A DNA stretch of 28,815 bases. It comes from an uncultured virus (IMG/VR IMGVR_UViG_3300017971_000238). Its lineage: Duplodnaviria; Heunggongvirae; Uroviricota; Caudoviricetes. Position 1 is the stretch's first letter, and each line of letters opens with the position of its first letter. The stretch lies in IMG/VR virus record IMGVR_UViG_3300017971_000238; one strand, written 5' to 3'. Made by a program: the position numbers and the translations under genes. This document shows positions 13,392-23,922 of this stretch, piece by piece. The notes under the pieces were generated by a model, which had not been told where the DNA came from, searched no databases, and worked only from the letters and a program-made list of their open reading frames with translations.

Positions 13392-14458
13392 TGCTTGGAA
13401 ACTTGTATCTCAAATCCATCGACAGGATTCAGAATCCTGAAGATGACAAGGTCTACCTCATGCTCAATGGATCGATAGACAGGATTGATGGTGGAAAATA
13501 CATCGAGAATTCACCGATCCTTTTAGATCGTATCAGTGGAGCTGTTGCCGTTCGCGGTGGGCACTTCAACTTGACGAGGGAGATCAACGGGATCAAGTAC
13601 AAGGGCCTAGAGGAATACCACATTCCACTGGACGAGATAAACAAGCTTCGCATAACAAAGGACGACATGCCACGTATCATGATATTCCATAATGGCATGG
13701 TTGCCCGTGTAATTGACTTCCAGATCGCATGGAATGCAAGAACCGTGAGACTCTGGGTCGAGAAAACGAAAGACCCGTATCCCAATACTTACTCCGTGTG
13801 GACATTTGAAGACAATCAAGTGGGGGAGTATCCTACTGGCTGGGGATACAATGATCCCACATCAAGTAGAACCATTGGTATATATGGAAATCCATATAGT
13901 CTTGGTAAGAGCGTGCAAATATACAATACCGTGTTGGAACCTGAAGAGGAATATGGCCCATTCATGGTGCTCGCCGCGAGTGATTTCATAACTGGTCCAT
14001 TTGTTAGGATAAAATGGAGAGCGTTATGGATGAGCATAGTCGATGATGGAGGATTTTGCGGATTTGACTGGTTGGGCATCGCGCCTAATTTGTTCATTGG
14101 GTTTGATTATCTGTCGTGGTTTGGCGTGTATTCCCCGATGAATAGCCTAGGCGGAGTATATCATTTATATGGCGAAAACACGGTACTAATGTACATTAAT
14201 GAATGGTATGCATTCGATCTTACCTTAGATAGGGCCAATAACAAGCTTATATATACCATCACGAGGGAGTCAACCGAGGAGAAGATAGTGGATATTGAAG
14301 ACGAGTACACCGATTATCTCGAATCTGAAATGCATCCACTGGATTTACCATGTGCCTATTACCTCGGGTTTGACGGAAGTCCGATTGGAGGATTGTCTGG
14401 TCTCGGAAAGGCTGGTATACGTAGAATAGATGATGTGGAGGTGTCTTCCATTGCTTGA
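13391..14458 (+). CDS. Putative head-closure protein fused to a ConA/LamG-like domain (355 aa)
   Basis: TAATG coupling gives start 13391. About 135 N-terminal beta-rich residues occupy the stopper position, followed by WTFED..G.YPTGW...EWYAFDL...IDDVEV. Confidence 0.5.
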   Translation: MLGNLYLKSIDRIQNPEDDKVYLMLNGSIDRIDGGKYIENSPILLDRISGAVAVRGGHFNLTREINGIKYKGLEEYHIPLDEINKLRITKDDMPRIMIFHNGMVARVIDFQIAWNARTVRLWVEKTKDPYPNTYSVWTFEDNQVGEYPTGWGYNDPTSSRTIGIYGNPYSLGKSVQIYNTVLEPEEEYGPFMVLAASDFITGPFVRIKWRALWMSIVDDGGFCGFDWLGIAPNLFIGFDYLSWFGVYSPMNSLGGVYHLYGENTVLMYINEWYAFDLTLDRANNKLIYTITRESTEEKIVDIEDEYTDYLESEMHPLDLPCAYYLGFDGSPIGGLSGLGKAGIRRIDDVEVSSIA

Positions 14459-15122
14459 TGAAGATATACTTGATAGATTAGTTGATAATCTTGACAATCT
14501 AAACTTCACCATCTGCCTTCCAGAAGTAGAAGAAGCACGGGATCAGTACGGTGTCACGAAAGATCAGCCATCTTTCAGGGCAGAATCCATGTTGGGTTAC
14601 GAGTTCAAGAACTACGAACACCCCACTATCGTGGTTAATATAGAAGATCACGGGCCGGGAGTGGCAGGCATGGCAAATCTCGATCATTATGACCCGGAGA
14701 CTGGCGTGTACCATTTTTCCCAAGAAATGATTGCTGATGTGGAGATACGAATCACGTCACGGGCAAAGAAATATGGCGGTATCATCATTCACCAGAGAAA
14801 AATTACTAGGGAATTACTCAAGAAAATCAAGGACCATGTCCTTGCGTTTCTTGGTGGATGGGGTGAAATCCTTGCAGATGCAAAGGGAAGTGTCATCACA
14901 TCTACCATACATAGAGAAAAAGACCTTAGTGATTATGACCAAGCTGATAACTCGTCGCTTGTCTTGCTTACTTTTTCGATAAGGTACGAGGAGCATTGGG
15001 ACAAGTTTCTGGACGAAACGGAGCCAGAGGTTGCTCCGCTTGTCGAACGCATTGATCTCAAGACAGACGAGGTCGGTGGCGTGGATGATGATTACATCGT
15101 AATACAACCTCAGGAGGAATAA
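14451..15122 (+). CDS. Putative tail terminator protein (223 aa)
   Basis: TTG start 7 nt after GGAGGTG (14437-14443); located before the sheath; YEHPTIVV and terminal LTFSIRY strands fit this family. Confidence 0.55.
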   Translation: MLDEDILDRLVDNLDNLNFTICLPEVEEARDQYGVTKDQPSFRAESMLGYEFKNYEHPTIVVNIEDHGPGVAGMANLDHYDPETGVYHFSQEMIADVEIRITSRAKKYGGIIIHQRKITRELLKKIKDHVLAFLGGWGEILADAKGSVITSTIHREKDLSDYDQADNSSLVLLTFSIRYEEHWDKFLDETEPEVAPLVERIDLKTDEVGGVDDDYIVIQPQEE

Positions 15123-15126
15123 CAAG

Positions 15127-16659
15127 ATGTCAGATCTATACATAATCGTAAATGAAAGGGCCCCTGTTCCAGATCGTGTTCCGATCGGGGTTGCCAATGT
15201 TGGCGTTATCGGATTCGATGATGAAAACACTGGCAAATTCCTGAGTGGTTCTGGCGTTCCCATAAAGGACGGCAACACCAGAGGATTCATAGTTGGTAGC
15301 CTCGACGCATTCCAAAAACTGTACGATGGTGGACCGAGCGAATCGGAACTCACCAAGTGGATGGAATCGTATTACAACGAGCTAGATTACCAAGCAGACG
15401 CGGCAAACGTGTACTTTTACAGGTTTCTCCAAGCAGATACAGGTGGTAGCGTTTCCGACGAGGAGATGTTGCCAACGGGTATCACCGGGGAATGGGTATC
15501 TGGCACGTCACCAGTAGCTACTCTAACAACCGTCAAGGTGTCGTATCAAGTAGACACGTACTCAAGTGCCCCGTCCACCGTGACGCAACCATCCGAGGGA
15601 TACGATGTCGAGGAGGTAAACGGTATAAAAACCGGCAAGATTACTTTCAAGACTGGTTACCCAGTCAACAGCGGAGGCAATCCGCAGAGTGTTGGGAGCG
15701 AGGACAGCGTTCTCGTTTCTTACACCACAAGCGGGATTGCTGGCGCACTAGGTGTTTTCAACAACGCCGACGTGCAGTTGATGTCGCTCGCATACGACCA
15801 TTCAAAAATGGATGGCAGTACATCCGCGGAAGGAATTTATGGCGGCACGTCATTCGTGGACGACATGAAACAGCTGGTGTCGCATTGTAATGCCCGGTCA
15901 AGTGCCGGGTTCATGCGGCAAGCCTGTATCAGCCTTCCGGCGAATAGCAAACCTTGGGAAGATGGAAGCTCGTATGGAGCTACTGGACTGTGGAAGGAAT
16001 TGCGCGCCAACGACATCGGGCAAACAAGGAACGCAATCGTCGTGGGATTCCAAAACGCCATTGATACGACACAGGATTACCAAGCGTCTTTCGATGGTGG
16101 CGCCGTGATCGCCGCGATGGTTAGAAAGAAACCCGTTCGTGGTAATATCGGTGGAGTCTTCCCTGCTACAGCAATACCTGCATACGAGGACGCCGCCACG
16201 ATTGCGGCATTTGAAAAGGCACGTATCGGAACAGTGGTCAAGATCAGTCATCTGGTTTCAAGTTCATTCTTGAACCGTGGATATACTTTCGGCACTGGCA
16301 GGCAAAAATGGATTAATAATGTCCGTTGCCGCTACCAGATCAAGCACCTTCTCATGTCTGGCCTGATGCAACTCATTCTTGAGGACATCAGGTACAACTC
16401 GAACGGGATCAACGCGATCATATCAAGGATCTCGGCGATAATGAAGGATGCGCAGATTCGTGGGTGGCATGACGGACTCATTACCGTGAAAGTCCCAATC
16501 AAGCAGTACCTCGACATCCCAGTTAACCAGCGAACCGGCGAGGAGCAGGACATTGTTTCTGCGGCACAAAATAGCGGGATCGTGGATAACATCGAGGTGA
16601 CATACTTGTGGGGCACCAATGTCGAGAAAATCATAATAAGCGCACTAGGTGAGATATAA
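15127..16659 (+). CDS. Contractile tail sheath protein (510 aa)
   Basis: Size and position; C-terminal WINNVR...I.YN.NGI..I...I..IM...VEKIII pattern typical of sheath proteins. Confidence 0.8.
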   Translation: MSDLYIIVNERAPVPDRVPIGVANVGVIGFDDENTGKFLSGSGVPIKDGNTRGFIVGSLDAFQKLYDGGPSESELTKWMESYYNELDYQADAANVYFYRFLQADTGGSVSDEEMLPTGITGEWVSGTSPVATLTTVKVSYQVDTYSSAPSTVTQPSEGYDVEEVNGIKTGKITFKTGYPVNSGGNPQSVGSEDSVLVSYTTSGIAGALGVFNNADVQLMSLAYDHSKMDGSTSAEGIYGGTSFVDDMKQLVSHCNARSSAGFMRQACISLPANSKPWEDGSSYGATGLWKELRANDIGQTRNAIVVGFQNAIDTTQDYQASFDGGAVIAAMVRKKPVRGNIGGVFPATAIPAYEDAATIAAFEKARIGTVVKISHLVSSSFLNRGYTFGTGRQKWINNVRCRYQIKHLLMSGLMQLILEDIRYNSNGINAIISRISAIMKDAQIRGWHDGLITVKVPIKQYLDIPVNQRTGEEQDIVSAAQNSGIVDNIEVTYLWGTNVEKIIISALGEI

Positions 16660-16660
16660 A

Positions 16661-17212
16661 ATGCCAATTGAATCAGGAAAAAAGGCTTGGAATGACAAGT
16701 TAAAGGCCACGCTCAAGTACCCGTCCAACATAGGAACGGGCACGGCAACTAATTTCATCATGGCGGTTATCGAGGCCATTGAAATTAGTGGTGTTGGCCA
16801 TCCGCACGAGCTTCGCCACGGCATATCATCCCATGCGCAAATCATGGTAACGAGAAAGAATGACGGGCAAACCGGGCGAATGATCGTTGCGGAAACCGAA
16901 CCGGCAGCGGCGATGCTGTTATGGCTAGCGAGAAACGATGCCTTCTTCGACGTGATACTTGAAGAAATACCAAGTGAACAAAACGAAGGATACGGGCAAT
17001 GGATTCTCGAAAAATCGGAACTGGTTGGATGCAAGGTCGATCCAATGGATTTCAGGTATGATGGTGACTTGCCATACGTCACGGCACCGTTTACATGGAT
17101 GAGGTACTACGACATCGATGGTAAACAGATTGGCGACGCTCTCTTCGTCCTTGACGAGGCGAACTTGCCAGCAGGAAGCGAGTCATCTGGAGCATTAACT
17201 GCGCCACCATAG
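16661..17212 (+). CDS. Tail tube protein (183 aa)
   Basis: Directly after the sheath; beta-rich; start re-called to ATG 16661 with RBS AGGTGA. Confidence 0.65.
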   Translation: MPIESGKKAWNDKLKATLKYPSNIGTGTATNFIMAVIEAIEISGVGHPHELRHGISSHAQIMVTRKNDGQTGRMIVAETEPAAAMLLWLARNDAFFDVILEEIPSEQNEGYGQWILEKSELVGCKVDPMDFRYDGDLPYVTAPFTWMRYYDIDGKQIGDALFVLDEANLPAGSESSGALTAPP

Positions 17213-17952
17213 TGATGATCATGGTCGACCTAATAGACGCTATCTTGAAAGGCGTCGATCTTATTTCTTTTTTTCAATCGAAATACTACGGCTCAATCAA
17301 GTTTAGACCCATTACCATGCACGAGGTAAACGATGTTTTCATGAAATCCTTGATAGGACACTCGATCGGAGCGGTTAAATTCGCCACGATGTTTAGATTC
17401 GAGAAGAAGGAAGAAGACGTGGATACACTGGAAATGCTCCTCGAGGTAAACCAGATAAGGCACAAGATGAACAAGTGGATCGTGTACCATGCGGTGAAGG
17501 ATTTTCAACCGGATTATTTCAAGAAGGAAGAAAACGAGATTCCCCTAGGAATACATGCGTTCAATGAGGAGGGATGTTGCTTGGAAATAGAGGAGTTTGC
17601 CAAGGCGGTGCTTGATATAAGCTGCGCACCGAGGGGAGACGTGAAGGCGGTGCTTGAGACACCATCTGGTGATGTCATGGGCACTGCCGTTTGGAAACTG
17701 GACTACAACTTGGTGGAAAAGATAGAAGACCTGACCGATGTCCAGCTATATTTCATAATCGAAACGTACAACAAGTACACCGGTAAATCGGAGGAAGAGA
17801 AAGGAGACCTCAAGGAATTCATGCAAAAGATAAATTTCAAGCCGGTGGTCACCAAGATGACGGACGAGCAAAAGGACTTGATAAAAAGACTAAACGTGAT
17901 GAAAAATGAGCTCCAGCATGCAGGACGTGTCGATAAGGATAGGGGTAGGTGA
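17212..17952 (+). CDS. Putative tail assembly chaperone
   Basis: Between tube and tape measure, with an IKFRPIT motif. The start could be 17212, 17215 or 17221. Confidence 0.5.
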   Translation: MMIMVDLIDAILKGVDLISFFQSKYYGSIKFRPITMHEVNDVFMKSLIGHSIGAVKFATMFRFEKKEEDVDTLEMLLEVNQIRHKMNKWIVYHAVKDFQPDYFKKEENEIPLGIHAFNEEGCCLEIEEFAKAVLDISCAPRGDVKAVLETPSGDVMGTAVWKLDYNLVEKIEDLTDVQLYFIIETYNKYTGKSEEEKGDLKEFMQKINFKPVVTKMTDEQKDLIKRLNVMKNELQHAGRVDKDRGR

Positions 17953-19813
17953 CATATCAGAGTTACGGGATGCATTCAGGCTGGTGAGATCAATCTGGGC
18001 AATGGCGGTTCCTGCCACCCAGCAATTGCAGAATCTCGTTGCCACTGGTGCATCCCTCGAAGGCAAGAAACTCAATGCACAGCAGAGAAAATCCCTTTCC
18101 GAGATGGTGAAGTCATACGAGAATTTCTTCAAGGAGATGGCACATGTCTGGGGACAGTTTGACGCCGGTGAGACGGAAAAACTATCAAGCATGACTTCCA
18201 TAGTGAATGCCATGGTGGAAAAGATAAAAGCAGGCGTGGAAATGCTTGAGAATGCGGTCACCAATATACAGGACGAGATTGGCATCAAGTACCTAAGAAA
18301 AACACTCAAATCCGTGCAGGAGCTCAAGACTAGCTTGATTGGTGACGAGGATACGGAGGAAAGGCGAGGACCGGGACGACCAATGCCATTGATAAAGCGG
18401 TGGTTGCAGGAGTACTACAAGATGGCGATAAACTCGATGAAGAAGGAAGGGATCAACATCGAGAAGGCGGAAATCACCGGTGTAAGGGGAACCACGCTGT
18501 TCAAGAACATAGAGCGTCGTGTAAACGAGGCATTCGACACGTACATCAAGGAAGAGATGTCGAAGATGGAAAAGAGCATCGTGACATTGCTTGCCACGTT
18601 GAAAAAGGAAACCATTAATATAAAGAACAAGGAAATCAAGGTAATACTCAAGATAATAGAGCAGATAAAAGATGCAATATCTTCCATCATAAAGGAACCT
18701 GAAAAAATAATAGAATCGATAGAGTCCATAAAAAAGGCCGCGGAAAGCATAGACCTTAAAAAACTAACCGCGAGATTGAAACAGATAGAAACTGGTGGGA
18801 TAGAAAGTTCCATCGTGGCGAAGATCAAGGAAGTGCTGGAAAATGTATTGTCGGAAGAAAAGATGGAATCGTATTTCAAGGCGAACGTGTCCATAAAAAA
18901 GATGCGGTCGCTCATCAACGAAACCGTGAAAAGCACGCAGAAGTTAATTGCAGGTGCCATGAAAGATGCCATTTCGTCCATGGATATACCGACGGCTGGC
19001 AAGGAATCCATAGAGAATGCGGTAACGAAGAAACAATCTCCCTCCAATGACATGAGGATGTTGGCCGCCGCATTCAAGAAAATAAGGGAATACATGGAGG
19101 AAAGGATAGAAATATCCGATTCCATAGAAGGAAGGATAATATCACTCATGGAATGTTGCGAGGATGTCAAGGGATTCGTGCAAAATGATATATTGGATGT
19201 ATTGGTTGAAATACAGAATGCCCAGCAAAATATGCCGGAAGTGCAGGCAAAACTTCCTTCCATGGATAAGATAATAGAAGCCATTCCTAAAATGGAAGAA
19301 ATGGGCATGATAGTTCCAGACGAGTTAAAAAATATTTTAAATAATATACAACAGGGTGTAGAAACCCTTCCAGATAAATTATCCGATATATTGGATAGGA
19401 AATTGGATGATTTAAAGATACCTTCTATTCCAAAAGAAGGCACGATACCGGGAAATATTAAAAAACTGCTTGACAAGATAGAAAAGATGCCACGTGAGGT
19501 AAAGACGCAGAAGGTCACGAAGGCGATGATAGAAAAGGAAATAAAGGCCCTCCCGGTATCAGAGATCACGAAGGTACGCAAGGACGTGTTTTCCGTCGAA
19601 ACGACGAGCAGGAAACAGTTCACGAGGGAAATGCTTAAGCTCGTGGAAGCGGTGGATAAAATGAAGGAGACCATCAAGGAAGAGGTAATGGACGTGAAGA
19701 ATGGCGTGAGCGAGGTATCCGAAAAGCTGGACGAGGAGAAAAGGACAGCCGACACGGAACCAACAAGCACCACGAAAATCAGGAGAACGAGATCGAAAAG
19801 GAGAGGTAGATAA
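17906..19813 (+). CDS. Putative tape measure protein (K/E/I-rich, helical, 635 aa)
   Basis: Position, all-helical heptad-rich composition, and N-terminal VSIRIGV strand. Confidence 0.55.
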   Translation: MSSSMQDVSIRIGVGDISELRDAFRLVRSIWAMAVPATQQLQNLVATGASLEGKKLNAQQRKSLSEMVKSYENFFKEMAHVWGQFDAGETEKLSSMTSIVNAMVEKIKAGVEMLENAVTNIQDEIGIKYLRKTLKSVQELKTSLIGDEDTEERRGPGRPMPLIKRWLQEYYKMAINSMKKEGINIEKAEITGVRGTTLFKNIERRVNEAFDTYIKEEMSKMEKSIVTLLATLKKETINIKNKEIKVILKIIEQIKDAISSIIKEPEKIIESIESIKKAAESIDLKKLTARLKQIETGGIESSIVAKIKEVLENVLSEEKMESYFKANVSIKKMRSLINETVKSTQKLIAGAMKDAISSMDIPTAGKESIENAVTKKQSPSNDMRMLAAAFKKIREYMEERIEISDSIEGRIISLMECCEDVKGFVQNDILDVLVEIQNAQQNMPEVQAKLPSMDKIIEAIPKMEEMGMIVPDELKNILNNIQQGVETLPDKLSDILDRKLDDLKIPSIPKEGTIPGNIKKLLDKIEKMPREVKTQKVTKAMIEKEIKALPVSEITKVRKDVFSVETTSRKQFTREMLKLVEAVDKMKETIKEEVMDVKNGVSEVSEKLDEEKRTADTEPTSTTKIRRTRSKRRGR

Positions 19814-21798
19814 TGGCAATAACGGGTGCAGGATTGGCTGGAGGTGGATCAACATTCACCCAAGTAAAACGATTTTTGAACACGAGTGGGCAGGACAACA
19901 TCAAGAAGATGTGGTTCAATCTTGGCACGCAGATGGCAGAATTCATGGGCATGGAAGTGGCTGGAAACCTTGCTGGCTCAAGCATCGTGCCAGATGTATT
20001 GATCGGATGGCTACCACTTTACGGCGTGCAGGACGTGGATTCTGCCGTGTCAAACAAGCAACTCAGGTTCAGGAGTTTTGGTGGCCACCTGTTATCTTTC
20101 CAAGCTGGTGAACACGAGAGCCTCATAATAACATTGAGATTATGCGGAAGGTATGCCCTCATATGGTTAAGCATCTTGGAGTATTATTACATCGAGGGGG
20201 AACCTCGCCCATCCATAAGAGGCATACCTCAATCAGAAATCCTCAATGCTGGCCCACTGGCAAGACCATTTACACAGCCCGGTGGGTTTTTTGGTCAGAT
20301 ATTTAGATCTCCATACAATACAGTAACGGGAGGGGAAATATCAACAATTGGTGATTTAAATGCCATACAGGATGTGGATCTCGTGAATGATACATACGTG
20401 GAAAAGAAATCCCAGATACCTCCACTAAAACAGGAAAAAATCCAAAACTACGAGATCCTGTGGAGGCACAAGACGTTCAACGTGATCACCAAGCACAAGG
20501 TATGGACAAGAATGTTCATAGAAACCATGCGCACCAGCAAGAGTGTCGCCCATGGTAAAGAAGAGTACGAGGTGCAACTTCTCCTCCGAAAGTACTTGGA
20601 CCCTCCAAGAAAACTGTACATGAAAGTAACCGAAGTAATGAAAGGCATGGAAGGAATTATAAACAAGAAAACTATACTCGACCGGCTCAAGTCAATGGCA
20701 GCGAGGGACGTGCAGGGAGCAAGACAAGCGTACAACGATCTCAGCAATGCTAAAACTGGAAGCAAGAAAGGACAATCATTACAAATAAAACAAAGAATCG
20801 CGTCGAAGAAATGGTGGAACACGACGCAAAAAACCTACCTGTTCGTGAACCCGTACCAGCAAGGCTACACGAAAATGAAAATAGGTGGCGTGAGAAGGGG
20901 CTTGGCATGGCAGGAATGGTTCGTCAATTTCCTGTGGCGATCCGGTTGGGTAGTGAGTGATACTTACAAGCATCCGGGGCTTGCCACCAATGACCCGCTA
21001 GCATCCAAGATACAATTAATAGGCGTTACTATATCAAAATCCATGGGGAACGATAGAAGGGAATATGTTTCCGATAACACGTTCATGGAAAAAGGAACCA
21101 AGAGAAGAAAATACGAATCCGGTACATCGTTTACAGGAACCGGTGAAGGTTCCAGAACGTACATCACCGATGCATCGTTCCCGGAAGGAGCGGGGCAATC
21201 ACGAGCATATGCTCCAGATCCAAGTTTCGTGGGAGATCCTTCAAAGTTAAAAGTAGACGTGACCATTGGAGAACAGCAAGACATGGAAACCACCATAAGC
21301 GCGTACCAATTTCTTGAAAGCCTCGGTATAGAACAAACCATTACAGTCGCAACTACTCCAACCATAGATGATTACCTCGTTACCGTGCCCCAGAAAAAGC
21401 AAGGTGATTTTGAAAACTGTTGTCTCTTGGGAGCCACTGTAAGGGAGTTCAACGGGTCGATTGTTGGTAGTGGCCAACTCGTGTTTAATTTCCCATTTGA
21501 TTTCCATATAGAGGTTACTAGGAGAACTGACCCGTTTGCCAATCCAATATCCATAAAGATGATAACTGGCAACTACCACATGGAAATCTCACCGGGATTG
21601 GTGTTTTTCTTGGGATCCAGTGATAAAGCAGTTTGGGATACTGCCACGATAACCAATGATGATGATGAATTGGTGGAAGTGAACTACGTGAAAAAGCCAA
21701 AATCTGACGAGGTTTACATGTACATTTCAGAGATCGTGGAGAATGGAGTAACCACGATTATAAAAGGATTCTTTATCCATCCAACATACGGGATATAA
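19813..21798 (+). CDS. Putative tail tube initiator/distal tail (Dit-like) protein with a C-terminal extension (661 aa)
   Basis: Follows the tape measure gene; FNVITKHKVWTRMFIETM...YEVQLLLRKY resembles Dit/gpU-type tube-fold strands. Confidence 0.45.
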   Translation: MAITGAGLAGGGSTFTQVKRFLNTSGQDNIKKMWFNLGTQMAEFMGMEVAGNLAGSSIVPDVLIGWLPLYGVQDVDSAVSNKQLRFRSFGGHLLSFQAGEHESLIITLRLCGRYALIWLSILEYYYIEGEPRPSIRGIPQSEILNAGPLARPFTQPGGFFGQIFRSPYNTVTGGEISTIGDLNAIQDVDLVNDTYVEKKSQIPPLKQEKIQNYEILWRHKTFNVITKHKVWTRMFIETMRTSKSVAHGKEEYEVQLLLRKYLDPPRKLYMKVTEVMKGMEGIINKKTILDRLKSMAARDVQGARQAYNDLSNAKTGSKKGQSLQIKQRIASKKWWNTTQKTYLFVNPYQQGYTKMKIGGVRRGLAWQEWFVNFLWRSGWVVSDTYKHPGLATNDPLASKIQLIGVTISKSMGNDRREYVSDNTFMEKGTKRRKYESGTSFTGTGEGSRTYITDASFPEGAGQSRAYAPDPSFVGDPSKLKVDVTIGEQQDMETTISAYQFLESLGIEQTITVATTPTIDDYLVTVPQKKQGDFENCCLLGATVREFNGSIVGSGQLVFNFPFDFHIEVTRRTDPFANPISIKMITGNYHMEISPGLVFFLGSSDKAVWDTATITNDDDELVEVNYVKKPKSDEVYMYISEIVENGVTTIIKGFFIHPTYGI

Positions 21799-21799
21799 A

Positions 21800-23539
21800 A
21801 TGTCTGGTGTCAATTTGCTAAAAGGTATAATATCGAACTCGCAATCGGCAATCAACCGCGATCCAAACAAGGACCCGGCGTTTAAGATACGTATAGTTAA
21901 TTACATGGACAACGAGCCGAACGGTGTGAGGGATATAGAATGGCAGGATAACGAGCTAGAAATCCACACGAGGTATGGTGTGGAACCTAGCTACGCGGAT
22001 ATACGCATGTACCTCACGGACCCGAATTTCACCGTGGAAACAGCGTCCACCATGAAAATAGGAGACCCGATACAGATACTCGTGCATGATCTCAGCATAC
22101 TCGCGGAAACGCTCCTGTTGATCGTGAAGGCTATAGGATACGAGAATGGTGAGAATGGATGGTGCCTCAAGGTGAGCGCGGAAATACCTGCATATTATTA
22201 CACGAGCTTGGCAAGACCGGAACTGTCTATAGTAATGCCAAAAAATTCCACGATAGTGGATGCAATAGCCGCCATGATAGAAAATACGTGGTTGCAGTAC
22301 GAGTTTGTGGACTCGATGCCAAGTATACGATACGATGGAAATACCATTTTTAAGAATGGAATGGAGTATTCCCATGTATTCTCATCCAACAGGCCACTCA
22401 ATGAGGTGATGGAGAGCATGGTGACAGAGAACTCGCTTGAATGGTATTTTGATATTTACAATAATGCCATTTGTATAGGGGAGCATGCACCACTTGCGCA
22501 TGATGACGTGACTGGCATAACAGAGGTCATCGAACAGTTCCCCGGTAACGTGAAGTTTTATTCTATTGGAGGGGAACGTGTGGATGGAGGAGAAGTGAGG
22601 GTGGCAAGTGCGATAGTACCCGGTGATCCGTTCTTGATGTGTGGAAACGGGTTGAGGATGAATGACGGGATGATCTGGAAAGTGGTAAAGTCCATTTATT
22701 ACCTCAAGTCGGATGGTGAGAGCGAGAGTCAGGTGTGGCTATTGCAGTCCATAGACGTGTGTGATAATGATGTAATGGATCTCATAGAAGATATTAAAGT
22801 GTCGGAGATGGAGAAAAACATTTCCGACCACGTGAAAATGATGGATATTGAACTTAGTAGAAGCAAGGATGCACTTGGAGATAATGCCGGTGATCCGGGG
22901 GATTTCTACAAGTTCCATGATAATGACGGGTATTATATTCGTGCTGTAAACGCGACGCAGGACCCTAGAAAAATAGAATTTTACAGGGAATTCTGGACAG
23001 ACAGGGTGGTAATGTCCACGCCATTTGCAGGAGATGGGGTTGGTATAAAGTTTCCAAAGGAAGACGAGGGAAGGCACATCACCATTTCACCATTTGGATT
23101 GCCACACATACCAATAGCGATGAACATGATTTGGAGGCACAAGGAAGGCAAGTACGGGGATGAGGATGATGTTATACCGGTATGCAACCCGAAGGACTTT
23201 TACCTGCGAATGCACAAGGGATACCTGTATTTCGACGAGGAGAATAGTCATTGGTTTATAAGGTCTCCAAACATCACATTGAATGCAGATGAAGTAGAGG
23301 AGCCTACTATAAAACCAAGACCGGATTATCCAGATTTGTCCACGCCTATATTTGTAATGTCTAATGATCCAGTAATAATAAACTTGCATGTACAAGAAGA
23401 TAACGAGATAACCATTATAGATGGAAAAATAACAATAGATGTTGATGGTAAGAACATCACGCTGGATTCGAGTGGCGTGGTGATTACAGATGGTACAAGA
23501 ACCATAACAATGAACGGGAGCACGGTAGATGTCACTTGA
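21800..23539 (+). CDS. Baseplate hub fused to central spike (VgrG-like, gp27+gp5/gpV)
   Basis: Hub-like N-terminus, OB-fold signature TPFAGDGVGIKFP, and C-terminal beta-helix repeats (ITIIDGKITIDVDGKNITLDSSGVVIT). Confidence 0.7.
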   Translation: MSGVNLLKGIISNSQSAINRDPNKDPAFKIRIVNYMDNEPNGVRDIEWQDNELEIHTRYGVEPSYADIRMYLTDPNFTVETASTMKIGDPIQILVHDLSILAETLLLIVKAIGYENGENGWCLKVSAEIPAYYYTSLARPELSIVMPKNSTIVDAIAAMIENTWLQYEFVDSMPSIRYDGNTIFKNGMEYSHVFSSNRPLNEVMESMVTENSLEWYFDIYNNAICIGEHAPLAHDDVTGITEVIEQFPGNVKFYSIGGERVDGGEVRVASAIVPGDPFLMCGNGLRMNDGMIWKVVKSIYYLKSDGESESQVWLLQSIDVCDNDVMDLIEDIKVSEMEKNISDHVKMMDIELSRSKDALGDNAGDPGDFYKFHDNDGYYIRAVNATQDPRKIEFYREFWTDRVVMSTPFAGDGVGIKFPKEDEGRHITISPFGLPHIPIAMNMIWRHKEGKYGDEDDVIPVCNPKDFYLRMHKGYLYFDEENSHWFIRSPNITLNADEVEEPTIKPRPDYPDLSTPIFVMSNDPVIINLHVQEDNEITIIDGKITIDVDGKNITLDSSGVVITDGTRTITMNGSTVDVT

Positions 23540-23921
23540 AATAGTCGTGGAAGGATACGAGGTATCCGAAGTTTGGGTGCCAGTTCCGGATGCTGAACCA
23601 GAAATATCGTACATCGATACATATAAAGATATTCTTACGGTGGATGATAATAGAGTGGTAAAATTGATAGAATTCTCGTTTACCGATCAAGGTGGGCCAC
23701 CATCAGGCGTTCCTCCAGTACCATCTCCTCCACCTGCATTAGTCGAAGGAGAGATTTTACCAACTAGTACTGCCCTGACCGTGCAAGGAGATACTCTCGT
23801 CAGGGAGACAAACAACGCATCTGCGCAAGGATTATTCATAGTAAGTGGCACTCCCGGAACATTGTGTGTTGTCACCATAACAATTACAAACGCAGGACAA
23901 GAAAAATTAAAAAGTGTATAA
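23529..23921 (+). CDS. Putative PAAR-like spike tip protein (130 aa)
   Basis: Directly after the spike; LTVDDNRVV, GEILPTSTALTVQGDTLVR and terminal ITNAGQEK patterns. Confidence 0.5.
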   Translation: MSLEIVVEGYEVSEVWVPVPDAEPEISYIDTYKDILTVDDNRVVKLIEFSFTDQGGPPSGVPPVPSPPPALVEGEILPTSTALTVQGDTLVRETNNASAQGLFIVSGTPGTLCVVTITITNAGQEKLKSV

Positions 23922-23922
23922 A

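Noticed and set aside
17890..17952. Programmed frameshift between chaperone and tape measure genes
   Set aside because: No XXXYYYZ slippery heptamer seen at the overlap, and the downstream ORF is in the +1 frame with its own ATGs.
18415..19773. 452-aa antisense ORF (also 7583-8551, 11862-12593 and 24614-25225)
   Set aside because: Shadow frames of strongly biased sense genes; S/F/I/L-rich mirror composition and no start signals.
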